Assembly: GCA_964016885.1 (NCBI GenBank)
Contig: OZ024742.1
Location: forward strand, 82,150,001 to 82,214,000
Direction of reading: 5' to 3'
From: Eledone cirrhosa
Lineage: Eukaryota
Length of the DNA stretch: 64,000 nucleotides
Below, piece by piece: positions 1-13,889 of the stretch; positions within the stretch are counted from its first letter, which is position 1; each line of letters opens with the position of its first letter. The notes under the pieces were generated by a model. It was not told the origin of the DNA. It did not search any database and was given only the letters and a program-made list of their open reading frames with translations. Position numbers and translations under genes: made by a program.

Positions 1-2
1 TA

Positions 3-35
3 CCGGTTTCAGCATTTCTATGTATTATCAAATGA
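3..35 (-). ncRNA. degenerate minimal hammerhead motif of PLE pLTR
   Basis: Reverse complement reads TTGATAA-tacat-agaa-atgct-GAAA-ccggta. The CTGATGA core is mutated, with a stem II hairpin and a palindromic stem III (accggt). Confidence 0.4.
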
Positions 36-1181
36 TTGTGAAATGTATTAGTGTGGTGTCACATATGTTAAAGAGAAGGTGCAAAAATAATAATGTTATT
101 TACAAACAAGATTTATGAAGTGAAAAGAAAAAAGCAAAAAAGCAAATGAGAACGGACATTATGTAGAGCATAAAAAGTCAATGTGGAAGAAAAAGAATGT
201 TATTTGCAGGCATAGTTCTTGAAGTTAAGCAGATCAAAATGTGTTAATATAGCAAGAGTGCTTAGTTGATCCATGATTCCATGATGGAGGCAAATGGTGG
301 ACTGAGGTTTGATATGTTTTCCCTTTTTAGAGAGTTAATATGAAGGGGGAACCAATTTTTGCTGGATGATATTTAATTTATTTAAGAAAAAGGATTAGGT
401 AGGGTGTGAGGGAGGGAACTCTTATAAATGTTTGATTGCTTATTGCTGTTTTAGATTGGTCCGATTTTTAGAGCATTAAGTAGAGGTTGGCATTTGTTAA
501 TGAAATATGGTTCCTTATTTGTACGTTGGATTAAAGTAGCGTTGTCTATGAATTTGTAAATGGGGAACATTTTAAAGTTTGGATGTTGCTTGTGAGCACA
601 ATTTTCCATATGTTCACTAAATGCAATCTTTCTGTATTACTGTATTTCAATGTGTGATTTATGGACGGTCCTACGTTAACAGAGGCTGTTTTTTGTCTGT
701 CCTATGTAGTGTTCTTGACAACCTGAGCAGGTCAAAACATAAATAAGGTTTTCAGATGCACATATAAAGTATTATTTAACTGTGAAACGCTGTCCTTGTT
801 TAAAATGGAATGTTGAACCTTCTATTAGATTTATGCATATGCCACAGTTGGGCCTTCCGCATTTTGTTTCTGTAGGGTCCATTGTGAGGATTGGTTGGCT
901 TTTGGGTTGTGTGAGGATGTTTTTCTATGGATTTAGGTTGTTTTCTGCTCTTTATGATGTTGTGTGTTTGGAGGATTTGGTTCATTCTTGAGTCTCGATT
1001 TAGTAAAGGAATGTTCTGGAGGATTGTGTCGAATGCCTCATTATTGAGGGGGTTGTGTGTGGAGATGTATGGTAGAGTTTTTTTGTTGCGGTTCATTCCT
1101 GGGTTTTGGGTGTCTGTGTTCCTGGATGTCCATTGTTGATTAGTGATGGTGGGTAGTTTCTGCTGTTAAGTGTGTTTTTAA

Positions 1182-2058
1182 TTATTCTAGTCGTGTGTAG
1201 CATGTGTATTTATCTGAAAATATTGTGCAGATCCTTCTGGCTAGATTATAAGGAAATGCCATTTTGGTGTGTCTAGGGTGGCACGAGTTGAATGGAAGGT
1301 ATTGTTTGGATACTGTAGGTTTGTAGTATATGTCTGTTTCTATTTTGTTGCTTGTTTTCTTGATGAGGATATTGAGGAAAGGGAGTTCTTCATGGCTGTA
1401 ATCCATTATGAATTGTAAGTTTGTGTTGAGTCCATTGAGAAGGGTTTTAAACTCAAACAGTCTATCTATACTTTCATGCCAGAGGATGAAGCAGTCGTCC
1501 AGATATCTCTTCCAGTTGTTTTCTATGTGTTGGTAGAAGTAGTTGTCGTATTTGTCTAGAACTTTGCGGTAGAGAGTGGTTTCCAAATATCCCATGACAA
1601 GGTTGGCGTATGATGAGGGCCACTCTCGTGCCCATGGCAGTCCCGTATTTCTGTCTGTAGTATTTGGCATTGAATTTTAAGATATTGTTTTCCAAGATGA
1701 ATTTGAGTCCCTCCAGCACAAAATCTTTATGGATGCGCTGTGGGAGTTCACTAGCGAAATTTTCCATCCAGAATTATATTGCCTCTATAGCTAGGTTGTG
1801 TGGGATATTGAAATATAAATTGATGAAATCAAAGATTACTAGTAGGGTATGTTCATTATTGGATGTTGTTGGGAGGTGGTTGAGCATGTCAAGGTCGTCC
1901 CTTATGAAGCTGTTTATGTGTTTTAGGAAAGGTTTAAGCAGAATAACTAGGAAGTTGCTTAGCCGGTGGGTTTCACATATGGTGCCTGCTATTATGGGTC
2001 TTAATTTAAAGTCATCAGGAGGGCTATATTGGTGTAAACGTATGTGGCTTGCTTGCAT
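1182..2058 (-). pseudogene. PLE reverse transcriptase core, frameshifted
   Basis: ORF-track pieces 1774-2058, 1474-1767 and 1182-1670 join into RT motifs (RPII, DF..LYFNIP, GTAMGT, YLDD, LPFL, TDIYYKPT). Confidence 0.9.
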
Positions 2059-3161
2059 GCCCTACCTATTACTTCGCTTTTGTGTGTCTTGGTGATACCG
2101 TAGAAGAGACTGGTTCTGCTTTTGAAATTGGTGATGTACTTGTATTCCTTGTCTGTAAGGCCTTCTTTGTAAAGGGTTGTTAGGGATTTTAGGTTTCACA
2201 TTATTTTCTTTTGTGTGTAGTGTTGGGCCTTGTCATAATATGTATGGTTTTCTAGAGTTGAAAGTACTAGAGTTGTGTAATAATCTGTCTCCAATAATCT
2301 GCCTCTTTGATTCATAAGGTTTCGTCGTTTTTTAGACTGTTAAGACCATTCCATACTTTTTTGCTTAGGTTTGGTTTTTGTTTATGTCTGTGTAAGTGGT
2401 GGTATGCGTAATTAGTAATGTGTTCGCAGAATCGATCGAGGAATTATTCTTTGCTTTTAGTGGGGTGTAGTTGTTTCTATTTCTGGCTATTGAGTCATCC
2501 TCATTGTATTTGTCGTATAATTGTTCGCTGAGTCTTAGTTTTCTACAGAATTCTGCAATATCTTTCTTCATTTCGGAGTAGTTTGGTTGTTGGGGAGTTG
2601 GTGTAAATTTTAGACCTTTGGAGAATATGTTGATTTCGTCTATTGTTAATTCTTTTGAGGTTAAATTGACAATTTCTATTGCATTTTGTGTCTCCTGTGT
2701 GTTTTGTGTTATCTTGTAATCCTGTGTCTGTGTGCTGTGTCTAAAAAATGATTACGGAAGTTGTGATGGTTGTTGAAGTTTGGAAGTCTCTTATAGTTGT
2801 ATTGGCCCCTGCTGTTGTTGTAAAATGGTGTGTAGCTCTGGTGGTTGTTGAGTTTAGGTTTATCGTGGGGTTGTATTGACTCCTGCTGATGTTGTTGTAG
2901 GGTGTGTAGATTTGATGGACGTGGTTATAGGGAGTGGCGTTGTGGTGGTTGTTGAAGTTGGGTTTATCGTATGGTTGTCTTGAGCACTGCTGTTGTTTTA
3001 GGGTGTGTAGACTTGGTGGTAGTTGTAAATAGGGTTGTCTTGTGTGGTCATATGGAGTCCTGTTGTTGCTGTTATATGGTGTGTAGCTCTGGTGATTGCA
3101 GTAGTTAGGGTGTCTCGTGTGGTTCTATTGTCCTCTGCTGGTTTTGTTGTAGTAGAATGTG

Positions 3162-4524
3162 AAGCAACAATACACATCCTATGAAATCAACGACAATATC
3201 AATAACTGATGTGAAACAATAAAAACACACCTGAATAACAACACAAACCCTATTCAAGCGAACGAAATACACATGACACTAATACACTTACAACTTACCA
3301 AATAAAAAAACTAATTAATACCACAATGGTCCACATCTCTTAAAAAGAGGAAATTCTCCTTTTGGAAGATGATACAAAACAATAACAAAGCGGAGATCTA
3401 TTAAAAATGGATTAACTTATCCCCATTAATCAACCCCCTACAAATTAAACGAACCAGAGACACAAAGACGCCCCAGGGAAATAATGGCACTTGATAACAT
3501 AAAAACCGAAATTGAACTCCTTAAATTGAGAGCCCAAGCAAATGAAGATAGGTTCAAATGAATCGACGATGAGATTAATCTAGCAATTATCAATATTACC
3601 AAAGACACCACCCAGGAAAATATTTCAAAATTATGGTTAGAGGATTGTAATAAGGAAGAATTAAAATCCCTTCAACGCTGGGAAATAAACGAAACCTGGT
3701 TCTCTAAATATGAAACACATTTCCCAAAAGAACACACATCCAAGAACCACTTCATTAAAACCATAATAACAAGAAAACTCAATCAACATCCAAACACCAC
3801 ACAACAACCAACAACAACAACAAAACAATACCTCCCCACATACCAACAAACGAAGGCATCACCTCGCCCCTACCTCATACATCCTCCACACAAGTACCAC
3901 ACGGACTCCCAACCAACAAATATAGTAATAGAGAAACATCAGCTACAAGATAGACACTACAACTTCTCTCCCACCAGGAGAAAAAATAAAATCCCCCACA
4001 CTTGCAACCCCCCTAACATCCCCACACAACAAACCCACAACCATCATTACTTCCAACATACAACCCAAAATACACAACTACGACACATGTCACACAGGGC
4101 CCCACAACCACACACCAGCTATAAGGAAACCCTAATCTACCCTCCCCCACTAACCACATCCTACTACAAAACACCAGCAGGGGACAATACAACCACACGA
4201 CACCCTAACCTCTACAACCACCATAACTACACACCATATAACAGCAACAACAGGACTCAATATGACCACACAAGACAACCCTACTACAACTACCACCAAG
4301 TCTACACACCCTACAACAACAGCAGTGCTCAACACAACCATACTATACAACCTAACATCAACAACCACCACAACTTCACTCCCTATAACCACGACCATCA
4401 AATCTACACACCCTACAACAACATCAGCAGGGCTCAATACAACCACACGATACAACCTAAACACAACAACAACCACAGCTACACACCATCTTACAACAAC
4501 AGCAGGAGCCAATACAACTATTAA
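3162..4524 (+). mobile_element. inverted 5' segment (ORF1) of the same PLE
   Basis: 4155-4520 is the reverse complement of 2794-3161 (roughly 85-90% identity by eye). 3320-3730 encodes a disrupted helical region (WSTSLKKRKFSFWKMIQ...ALDNIKTEIELLKLRAQ...LWLEDCNKEELKSLQRWE), followed by N/H/Y-rich repeats (ORF 4087-4524). Confidence 0.75.
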
Positions 4525-4703
4525 ATATATGAATAGATAAATAAATACCATTGTTAAATAATAAATAAATCAACTAATACCTTAAGACTTCACACAAAGT
4601 AAAACATTTCGTTTTAATCATTTTCTAACCCAGAAATAAAAGAGAGAGAGAAACAAAAGATGAAAAAAAAAATGTTATTCCTAATAATCGTCTCTTTCTC
4701 CCT

Positions 4704-4757
<54 letters not shown>

Positions 4758-4932
4758 TTGTATATAAACATTAAATGAAACGGTTTGAAGAGATATGTGT
4801 ATATGAATACACTCATTGTACCAGCTTCATCTCAGTGGCATGAATAGGGTTATCGACAACTAGAAATAACAGTCCAGTCCTTTCAATTGAGTAAACTCAA
4901 AAATTAAGGGGCCGTTTATATATATATATATA

Positions 4933-5433
4933 TCCAAAATTAAAATAAATTAAATTACGTGTGTCATGTCAGAGAGCTAGTACAATGTATGTATTTTTGA
5001 AAAGTTGAACACGTGCTACTAGTCATTCGCAGATTTGAATTTGCTGTGTAAACACAGATAGTTAAGTATTCTTCCTTGTTGAAAATGTGGATGTGGCTAC
5101 TGTTGTTTACCAAACGATTTATTGTTAAATATATTTATTTAATGAAATATATACAAGGAAGATTAATCCATTTAGAAGTTATCTATTTTTAAAGTTCTAG
5201 TTAAACTATAATTACTTACCTACATAGATATGTGTGCTTACAAACTTTTGCAGATTATTCCCTGTGATTGTTTCACATGTTTATTTAAGATATATATATA
5301 TATATATATGTCAATCAATTTCTAGTTGAAATAAAATGCTCGGATCTATTCATTGGAATGTTGGAGCATATTCTACAGTGGATATGGCGCATGTCTCTCT
5401 GACATGACACCCTTAAATTAAATTTAATTTTGA
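4933..5433. mobile_element. MITE-like ~500 bp element with ~40 bp imperfect TIRs (copy 1)
   Basis: tccaaaattaaa...tgtcatgtcagagag / ctctctgacatgacacccttaaattaaatttaattttg, flanked by (TA)n. Confidence 0.55.
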
Positions 5434-5462
5434 ATATATATATATATATATATATATATGTA

Positions 5463-5506
<44 letters not shown>

Positions 5507-7223
5507 GACACTTACACACACACATATATGTGTATATGTATACATATATGTGTGTGTGTGTGTGCGTGTGTCTGTGTGTCTGTCACCCTATGTGTCTGAA
5601 TATATATATACACACACAGTGACGTATGACTAGCATTCTTCACTGATTACTTTTAATAACTAACTTACCATTTACTTTAAAAATTGCTCTGAACTTACTT
5701 TTAAATGTGTTCAGGGATTTTAATTTTTCATAAGAATATTAGATTCCTAATGTAGTGGCATCCTCCTCACCATTATTTAACTGGTAGTTTATTATATAGA
5801 TTCGAAATGGTTGCAGCGGACTCTTGAAAGCCATGTACATATACTAAGATCGGAAATGATATCGAAAACATATTGCTTTGCATTTTATAATATGGTCCCA
5901 ATTGAACAGCTTAAATGTCAGAAATATTAATGTTGAAACTGATGCACTTATATATATAGTTATGGGTAAACTTGTATATGTTATTTCCTAAAATGCCTGC
6001 ATGAGCGCTAATAAAGTAAATATTTGAGATTTTACCCTAGCAAAACTGAAAATATAACATTGTCAGAACCTTTCATATTTAGCAAGTTGCAATCTGTCCT
6101 TTCAGAAAAACGCAGCTAATTTATTGTCATTTATTATGTTTTCTAACAAACGTTTAGTTATAACTCATTATGTTTGTTATAACACATAACCTTTTCCAAT
6201 GATATAGTAGTTATGTGTTTTACATTTCGTCTTTGACATTAATAAATTTAGATCTTCATGATTTAGAAATCGTTTACATAAAAATCATTGAATGAAAATA
6301 CAAAGTGATATAAAAAATACTTTAAACATCCAACGTCGGTAGTTCATAAAATATTTTCCGCCATCGCCCAATTTCACAGGGAAAGATTTTCTAACGACCA
6401 TCTGTATAGTTTACATTCAAAAGTATGTTAACATTAGTTTGGTAATAGTTTTTTACTCGTCAGAAGCTGATTGATATGATATAGTAAAAAAGTACCAAAT
6501 GTAGGTAAGAAGTAACTCAGGCGAATGCGGCGGCTTCTGCTGCTATTACAATATAAAAGAACAAATGAAAGCGAATGATTATTACATTTTATTAAATTTT
6601 ATTTTAATGGATATAATTTCATTTTTGAAAGTGAAAACAAAAAAGAAATGATACAAAATGTATGTACATTACATACATTTTAAATACATTTTAAAATAAT
6701 AAACATTACATCAGTTGTGCAAATGAGATTATAAATATAAGGTTTCATTTGTATAATTATATATGCCGTCTAATGAAAAGTGAGATATATTCTTAAATAC
6801 ACTCTAAAATATGCTGAGCAAGAATGTTATATATCTTGTATTGCCATGGTTGTTTACATGTTCGGCTCTGTAGAATATTGTTGGTTGGAAAGAATTAACA
6901 ATGCCATCTATAATCGTGAATGACTCAACGATATCCAAAAAGTGTTGCCAGGGGGCTCATGATTGGGAGAATATATATATATATATATATATATATGATC
7001 AGCTCAAGGTTCGATCTGTATCGATACAGATCGAACCTTGTGCTGCTCAGTGGCAAAACGCGCGTTACCTACCAATAAATGTAACGAAGGAGTAACCAAT
7101 CGCCCTTGTCTTCCTTTCAATATATTTCACTCTGTATAGCTCTACAACTCATCACAGAAGTGAACCATAACATCGAATGCTCTCTCGAGTGAACCTGCAG
7201 GAACTCCAAGTTACACCCCGTGG

Positions 7224-7255
<32 letters not shown>

Positions 7256-7489
7256 TGTAAACAATGAGTTAAACACATACTTGAGATGTAATCAACTCGA
7301 AGTTCGAAAGAACAAAAGCAAAACATTGTTTACTTTTCAGCACCTGTCTGGGGAAAACACAGTATATAGCTATGAAGATAGTTTAATATCTTCTCTGAAA
7401 CATATTGTGAAGTGTTGTAAGACAATAACATGCAGTTAAATATTTGAAACCATTTCTCTTCTTTATATATATATATATATAAATATAAA

Positions 7490-10400
7490 TTATTAATACA
7501 ATAACAGAGATAGTTTAAAGCTAATCTCTGACTAGTAACCATCTCACTCAACAAACATTAGTTTATATTTTAATATAAACCCAATTTAAGTGTTTGGGGT
7601 GCTAACAATATGTATTATGTGGAAAAGCCAGTTGTATTATTTTATGAGATATAATTAAAGTTAAAATATATCTCACTTTCCAAACAATTGTTTCATTATA
7701 AGTTTTCTACAAATTCGGAGAATATTTCCAGTTTATGTACATTGATGTAACAATATATTTTGGTGGGCGTTTATAAATCATCAGTGGAAGACCATTAAGC
7801 TTTGATATAAGAAAAACATTTCTTACCACAGTTAAAAATCGTGTCTGTTAAGTTGCTCCTTCCCGCATCGAATGACCGGCAAATTTGAAATTCCAGCAGT
7901 TTTTGACTGAGGAAGTATTATAGCGTCACTAAGCGGTAAGGGGAGACAACTACAATCCACGAAAGGAGGAAAAATATAATATACACGCGGGTTAATCAGT
8001 TTTTTCGAACACATTATCAATCCAACGTGTTAAGAACTCAATTGAAATTAAAAAAATAAATATATGCGTATATAAATTACACACGCATATAGATATTTTC
8101 TTAGGCTAAAATCAGATGTTGTACCTGAATAAGAAACCGCATCTCGTAACCGTAGTAAATACGGAAAGTTATGCTTTAAAGGGCAAATGGGAATGTAAAT
8201 CTCCGGCCGAATTAAGAGTAAAATATAAAACACACGCGGGTTAATTAGTTATTTCAAAACTAATATCAATTCCTCGTGTAAAGAACTCAATTAATTTTAA
8301 AAAATAAATGTATGCATGTAATTATATACATAGGCATAGATATATTTTCTTAGGCTAAAAAACAGAGAAGTTACAACCAATAAAAACCACAATATCGCAC
8401 AACAGTAATAAATACGGAAAGTCAAATTTATAAGGTACCTGGAAATAAACACCTCTGGCCAATCAAGAGTAAAATATTAATACAATAACAGAGATAGTTT
8501 AAAGCTAATCTCTGATTGGTAACCATCTCACTCAACAAACATTAGGTTATATTTTAATATAAACCCAATATAAGTGTTTGGGGTGGTAACAATATGTATT
8601 ATATGGAAAAGCCAGTTGTATTATTTTATGAGATATAATTAAAGTTAAAATATATCTCTCTTTCCAAGCAATTGTTTCATTATAAGTTTTCTACAAATTC
8701 GGAGAATATTTCCAACTTATGTAGAAGCCTAATATACATTCATGTAAGAATATATTTAGGTGGGCGATTATAAATCATCAGTGGAGGCCCATTAAACTTT
8801 GATATAAGAAAAACATTTCTTACCACAGTTAAAAATCGTGTCTGTTAAGTTGCTCCTTCCCGCATCGAATGACCGGCAAATTTGAAATTCCAGCAGTTTT
8901 TGACTGAGGAAGTATTATAGCGTCACTAAGCGGGAAGAGAAGACAACTACGATCCACGAAAAGAGGAAAAAATATAATATACACGCGGGTTAATCAGTTT
9001 TTTCGAAAACATTATCAATCAAACGTGTTTAGAACTCAATTGAAATTAAAAAAATAAATATATGCTTGTATAAATTACACACGCATATAGGTATTTTCTT
9101 AGGCTAAAATCAGAGGTTGTACCTGAATAAGAAACCGCATCTCGCAACCGTAGTAAATACGGAAAGTTATGCTTTAAAGGACAAATGGGAATGTAAATTT
9201 CCGGCCGAATTAAGAGTAAAATATAAAACACACGCTGGTTAATTAGTTATTTCAAAACTAATACCAATTTCTCGTGTAAAGAACTCAATTAATTAAAAAA
9301 AATAATTGTATGCATGTAATTATATACATAGGCATATATATATTTTCTTAGGCTACACAACAGAGAAGTTACAACCAATAAAAACCACAATATCACACAA
9401 CAGTAATAAATACGGAAAGTCAAATTTATAAGGTACCTGGAAATAAACACCTCTGGCCAATCAAGAGTAAAATATTAATACAATAACAGAGATAGTTTAA
9501 AGCTAATCTCTGACTGGTAACCATCTCACTCAACAAACATTAGGTTATATTTTAATATAAACCCAATATAAGTGTTTGGGGTGCTAAGAATATGTATTAT
9601 ATGGAAAAGCCAGTTGTATTATTTTATGAGATATAATTAAAGTTAAAATATATCTCTCTTTCCAAACAATTGTTTCATTATAAGTTTTCTACAAATTCGG
9701 AGACTATTTCCAATTTATGTAGAAGCCTAATATACATTCATGTAAGAATATATTTAGGTGGGTGCTTATAAATCATCAGTCGAAGCCCATTAGACTTTGA
9801 TATAAGAAAAACATTTCTTACCACAGTTACAAATCGTGTGTGTTAAGTTGCTCCTTCCCGCATCGAATGACCGGCAAATTTGAAATTCCAGCAGTTTTTG
9901 ACTGAGGAAGTATTATAGCGTCACTAATCGGGAAGAGAAGACAACTACGATCCAGGAAAGGAGGAAAAAATATAATATACACGCGGGTTAATCAGTTTTT
10001 TCGAAAACATTATCAATCCAGCGTCTTTAGAACACAATTGAAATTAAAAAAATAAATATATGCGTGTATAAATTACACACGCATATAGATATTTTCTTAG
10101 GCTAAAATCAGAGGTTGTACCTGAATAAGAAACCGCATCTCGCAACCGTAGTAAATACGGAAAGTTATGCTTTAAAGGGCAAATGGGAATGTAAATCTCC
10201 GGCCGAATTAAGAGTAAAATATAAAACACACGCGGGTTAATTAGTTATTTCAAAACTAATATCAATCCCTCGTGTAAAGAACTCAATTAATTTAAAAAAA
10301 TAAATGTATGCATGTAATTATATACATAGGCATTTATATTTTTTCTCAGGCTAAACAACAGAGAAGTTACAACCAATAAAACCAAAATATCGCACAACAG

Positions 10401-10620
10401 TAATAAATACGGAAAGTCAAGTGTATAAGGTACCTGGAAATAAACACCTCTGGCCAATCAAGAGTAAAATATTAATACAATAACAGAGATAGTTTAAAGC
10501 TAATCTCTGACTGGTAACCATCTCACTCAACAAACATTAGGTTATGTTTTAATATAAACCCAATTTAAGTGTTTGGGGTGCTAACAATATGTATTATGTG
10601 GAAAAGCCAGTTGTATAATT
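7490..10620. repeat. 998-bp tandem satellite, ~3.1 copies
   Basis: Near-identical ORFs at 8048, 9046 and 10044 (period 998). The unit start attaatacaataacagagatag recurs at ~7492, 8475, 9473 and 10471. Confidence 0.95.
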
Positions 10621-10621
10621 T

Positions 10622-10666
<45 letters not shown>

Positions 10667-10699
10667 TTGTATGTGTGTATTTGTGTGTTTGTACATATA

Positions 10700-10771
<72 letters not shown>

Positions 10772-11207
10772 ATATACATATAGACTAGAAATTGATTGAC
10801 ATATATATATATCTAAAATAAACATATGGAACAATCACAGAGAATAATTTGTAAAAGTGTGTAAGCACTCATAGCTATGTAGGTAACTAATTAAAGTTTA
10901 AATAGAACTTTGAAAATAGATATCTTATAAATGGATTAAACTTCCTTGTATATATTTAATTAAATAAATATATTTCACCATCAATCGTAGCCAAATCACG
11001 GACTTCCAACAAGGAAGAAGACTTAACTACCTGTGTTTATACAGCAAATTCAAATATGCGAATGACTAGTAGCACGTGTTGTACTTTTCGAAAATACAGA
11101 CATTGTACCAGCTTCATCTCAGTGGCATGAATAGGGTTATCGACAACTAGAAATAGCAGTCGAGTCCTTTCAATTGAGTTAGCTCAAAAGTTAAGGGGCC
11201 GTATATA

Positions 11208-11249
<42 letters not shown>

Positions 11250-11252
<3 letters not shown>

Positions 11253-11745
11253 AAAATTAAATTAAATTAAATTACGGGTTTCATGTCAGAGAGCTGGTAC
11301 AATGTGTGTATTTTTGAAAAGTGCAACACGTGCTACTAGTCATTCGCAGATTTGAATTTGCTGTGTAAATACAGATATTTAAGTTTTCTTCCTTGTTGGA
11401 AATGTGGATTTGGCTAGTGTGGTTTACCAAACGATTAATGGTTAAATATATTTATTTAATGAAATATATACAAGGAAGATTAATCCATTTAGAAGGTATC
11501 TATTTTTAAAGTTCTAGTTAAACTTTAATTAGGTACCTACATAGCTATGTGTGCTTACAGACTTTTACAAATGATTCCCTGTGATTGTTTCATGTGTTTA
11601 TTTAAGATATATATATATATGTCAATTAATTTCTAGTTGAAATAGAATGCTCGGATCTATTCATTGGAATGTTGGAGCATACTCTACAGTGGATATGGCG
11701 CATGTCTCTCTGACATGACACCCTTAAATTAAATTTAATTTTGGA
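11250..11745. mobile_element. MITE-like ~500 bp element with TIRs (copy 2)
   Basis: Same TIRs as 4933-5433. Its interior also has an inverted copy at 10785-11111. Confidence 0.55.
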
Positions 11746-13238
11746 TATGTATATATATCCAAAATTTTGTGTATATATATATATACAGACCCATACACAC
11801 ACTCATATATGTGTATATATATGCACATATATGTGTGTGTGTGTGCGTGTGTCTGTGTGTCTGTAACCCTCTGTGTATGTCTATATATATACACACACAG
11901 TGACGTATGACTAACATACTTCACTGCTTACTGTCGATAACTAACTTATCTCTTACTTTAAAAATTTCTCTGAACTTACTTTTAAATGTGTTCAGGGATT
12001 TTAATTTTTCATAAGAATATTAGATTCCTAATGTAGTGGCATCCTCCTCACCATTATTTAACTGGTAGTTTTTTTTATATAGATTCGAAATGGTTGCAGC
12101 GGACTCTTGAAAGCCATGTATATATACGAAGATCGGAAATGATATCGAAAAGATATTGCTTTGCATTTTATAATGTGCTTCCAATTGAACAGCTTAAATG
12201 TCAGACGTATTAATGTTGAAACTGATGCGCTTATATATATAGTTATGGGTAAAATTATATATGTTATTTCCTAAAATGCCTGCATGAGTGCTAATAAAGT
12301 AAATATTTGAGAATCTGCCCTAGCAAAACTGAAAATATAACATTGTCAGAACCTTTCATATTTAGCAAGTTTCAATCTGTTTATTCAGAAAAATGCAGCT
12401 AATTTATTGTCATTTCTTATGTTTTCTAACAAACGTTTAGTTATAACTCATTATGTTTGTTATAGCACATAACCTTTTCCAATGATATAATAGTTATGTG
12501 TTTTACATTTCTTCTTTGACATTTATAAATTTAGATCTTCATTAATAGGAAATCGTTTACATAAAAATCATTGAATGAAAATACAAAGTGATATAAAAAA
12601 TACTTTACACATCCTACGTCCATAGTTCACAAAATTTTTTCCGTCATCGCCCAATTTCACAGGGAAAGATTTTCTAACGTCCACCTGTAGAGTTTACATT
12701 CAAAAGTATGTTGAAATTGTTTGGTAATAGTTCTTTACTCGTTCAGAAATATGATATAGTAAAAGTACCAAATGAAGGTAAGAATTAGGGCAGTCGAATG
12801 CGGCGGCTTCTGCTGCTACTACAATATAAAAGAACAAATGAAAGCGAATGATTATTACATTTTATTAAATTTTATTTTAATGGATATAATTTCATTTTTG
12901 AAAGTGAAAACAAAAAAGAAATGATACAAAATGTATGTACATTACATATATTTTAAATACATGTTAAAATAATAAGCATTACATGAGTTGTGCAAATGAG
13001 ATTATAAGGTTTCATTTGTATAAGTATATATGCCGCCTAATAAAAAGGTGACATATATTCTTAAATACACTCTAAAATATGGTGAACGAAAATGTTACAT
13101 ATCTTGGATTGCCATGGTTGTTTACATGTTCGGCTCTGTAGAGGATTGTTGGTTGGAAAGAATTAACAATGCCATCTATAATCGTGAATGACTCAACGAT
13201 ATCCAAAAAGTGTTGCCAGGGGGCTCATGATTGGGAGA

Positions 13239-13297
<59 letters not shown>

Positions 13298-13301
<4 letters not shown>

Positions 13302-13446
13302 CAGCTCAAGGTTCGATCTGTATCGATACTACCCGACACAATGATCGGCAGCTCGACGGACCCTCTTATAGCATTTTAAAGGGTCCATCGAGCTGCCGAT
13401 CACTGAGTCGGGTAGGATCGATACAGATCGAACCTTGAGCTGATCA
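13298..13446. repeat. ~150 bp near-perfect palindrome
   Basis: tgatcagctcaaggttcgatctgtatcgat...gatcggcagctcga.ggaccct / agggtcc.tcgagctgccgatc...atcgatacagatcgaaccttgagctgatca. A centre-deleted version lies at 6997-7049. Confidence 0.92.
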
Positions 13447-13852
13447 GTGGCAATACGCGCGTCACCTACCAATAAATGTAACGAAGGAGTAACCAATCGC
13501 CCTTGTCTTCCTTTCAATATATTTCACTCTGTATAGCTCTACAACTCATCACAGAAGTGAACCATAACATCGAGTGCTCTCTCGGGTGAACCTGCAGGAA
13601 CTCCAAGTTACACCCCGTGGATATATATATATATATATATAATATTTGTAAACAATGAGTTAAACACATAGTTGAGATGTAATCAACTCGAAGTTCGAAA
13701 GAACAAAAGCAAACCATTGTTTACCTTTTCAGCACCTCTCTGGGGACAACACAGTATATAGCTATGAAGACAGTTTAATATCATCTTTGAAACATATTGT
13801 GAAGTGATGTAAGACAATAACATGCAATTAAATATTTGAAACCATTTCTCTT

Positions 13853-13889
<37 letters not shown>

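Larger units (their letters stand above)
1..3161 (-). mobile_element. Penelope-like retroelement (Neptune-like), degenerate: ORF1 3' part, RT, GIY-YIG and start of 3' pLTR; runs off the left edge
   Basis: Minus-strand translation gives the PLE N-terminal motif IVNLTSKELT..IFSKGLKFTPTP..FCRKLRL (~2530-2680), RPIIAG (1774-2058 ORF), YGTAMGT, the RT core WKRYLDDCF (1182-1670 ORF) and GIY-YIG CASENLIYVLTCSGCQEHYIGQT (~695-770). Several frameshifts and stops. Confidence 0.92.

Noticed and set aside
4262-4540. Thr-rich mucin-like ORF and its Val-rich antisense ORF
   Set aside because: Alternative frames of the CAA/ACA-rich PLE ORF1 repeat region.
7770-7795. CTGATGA (minus) in each 998-bp unit as a satellite hammerhead
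   Set aside because: No GAAA at a suitable distance and no stem II.
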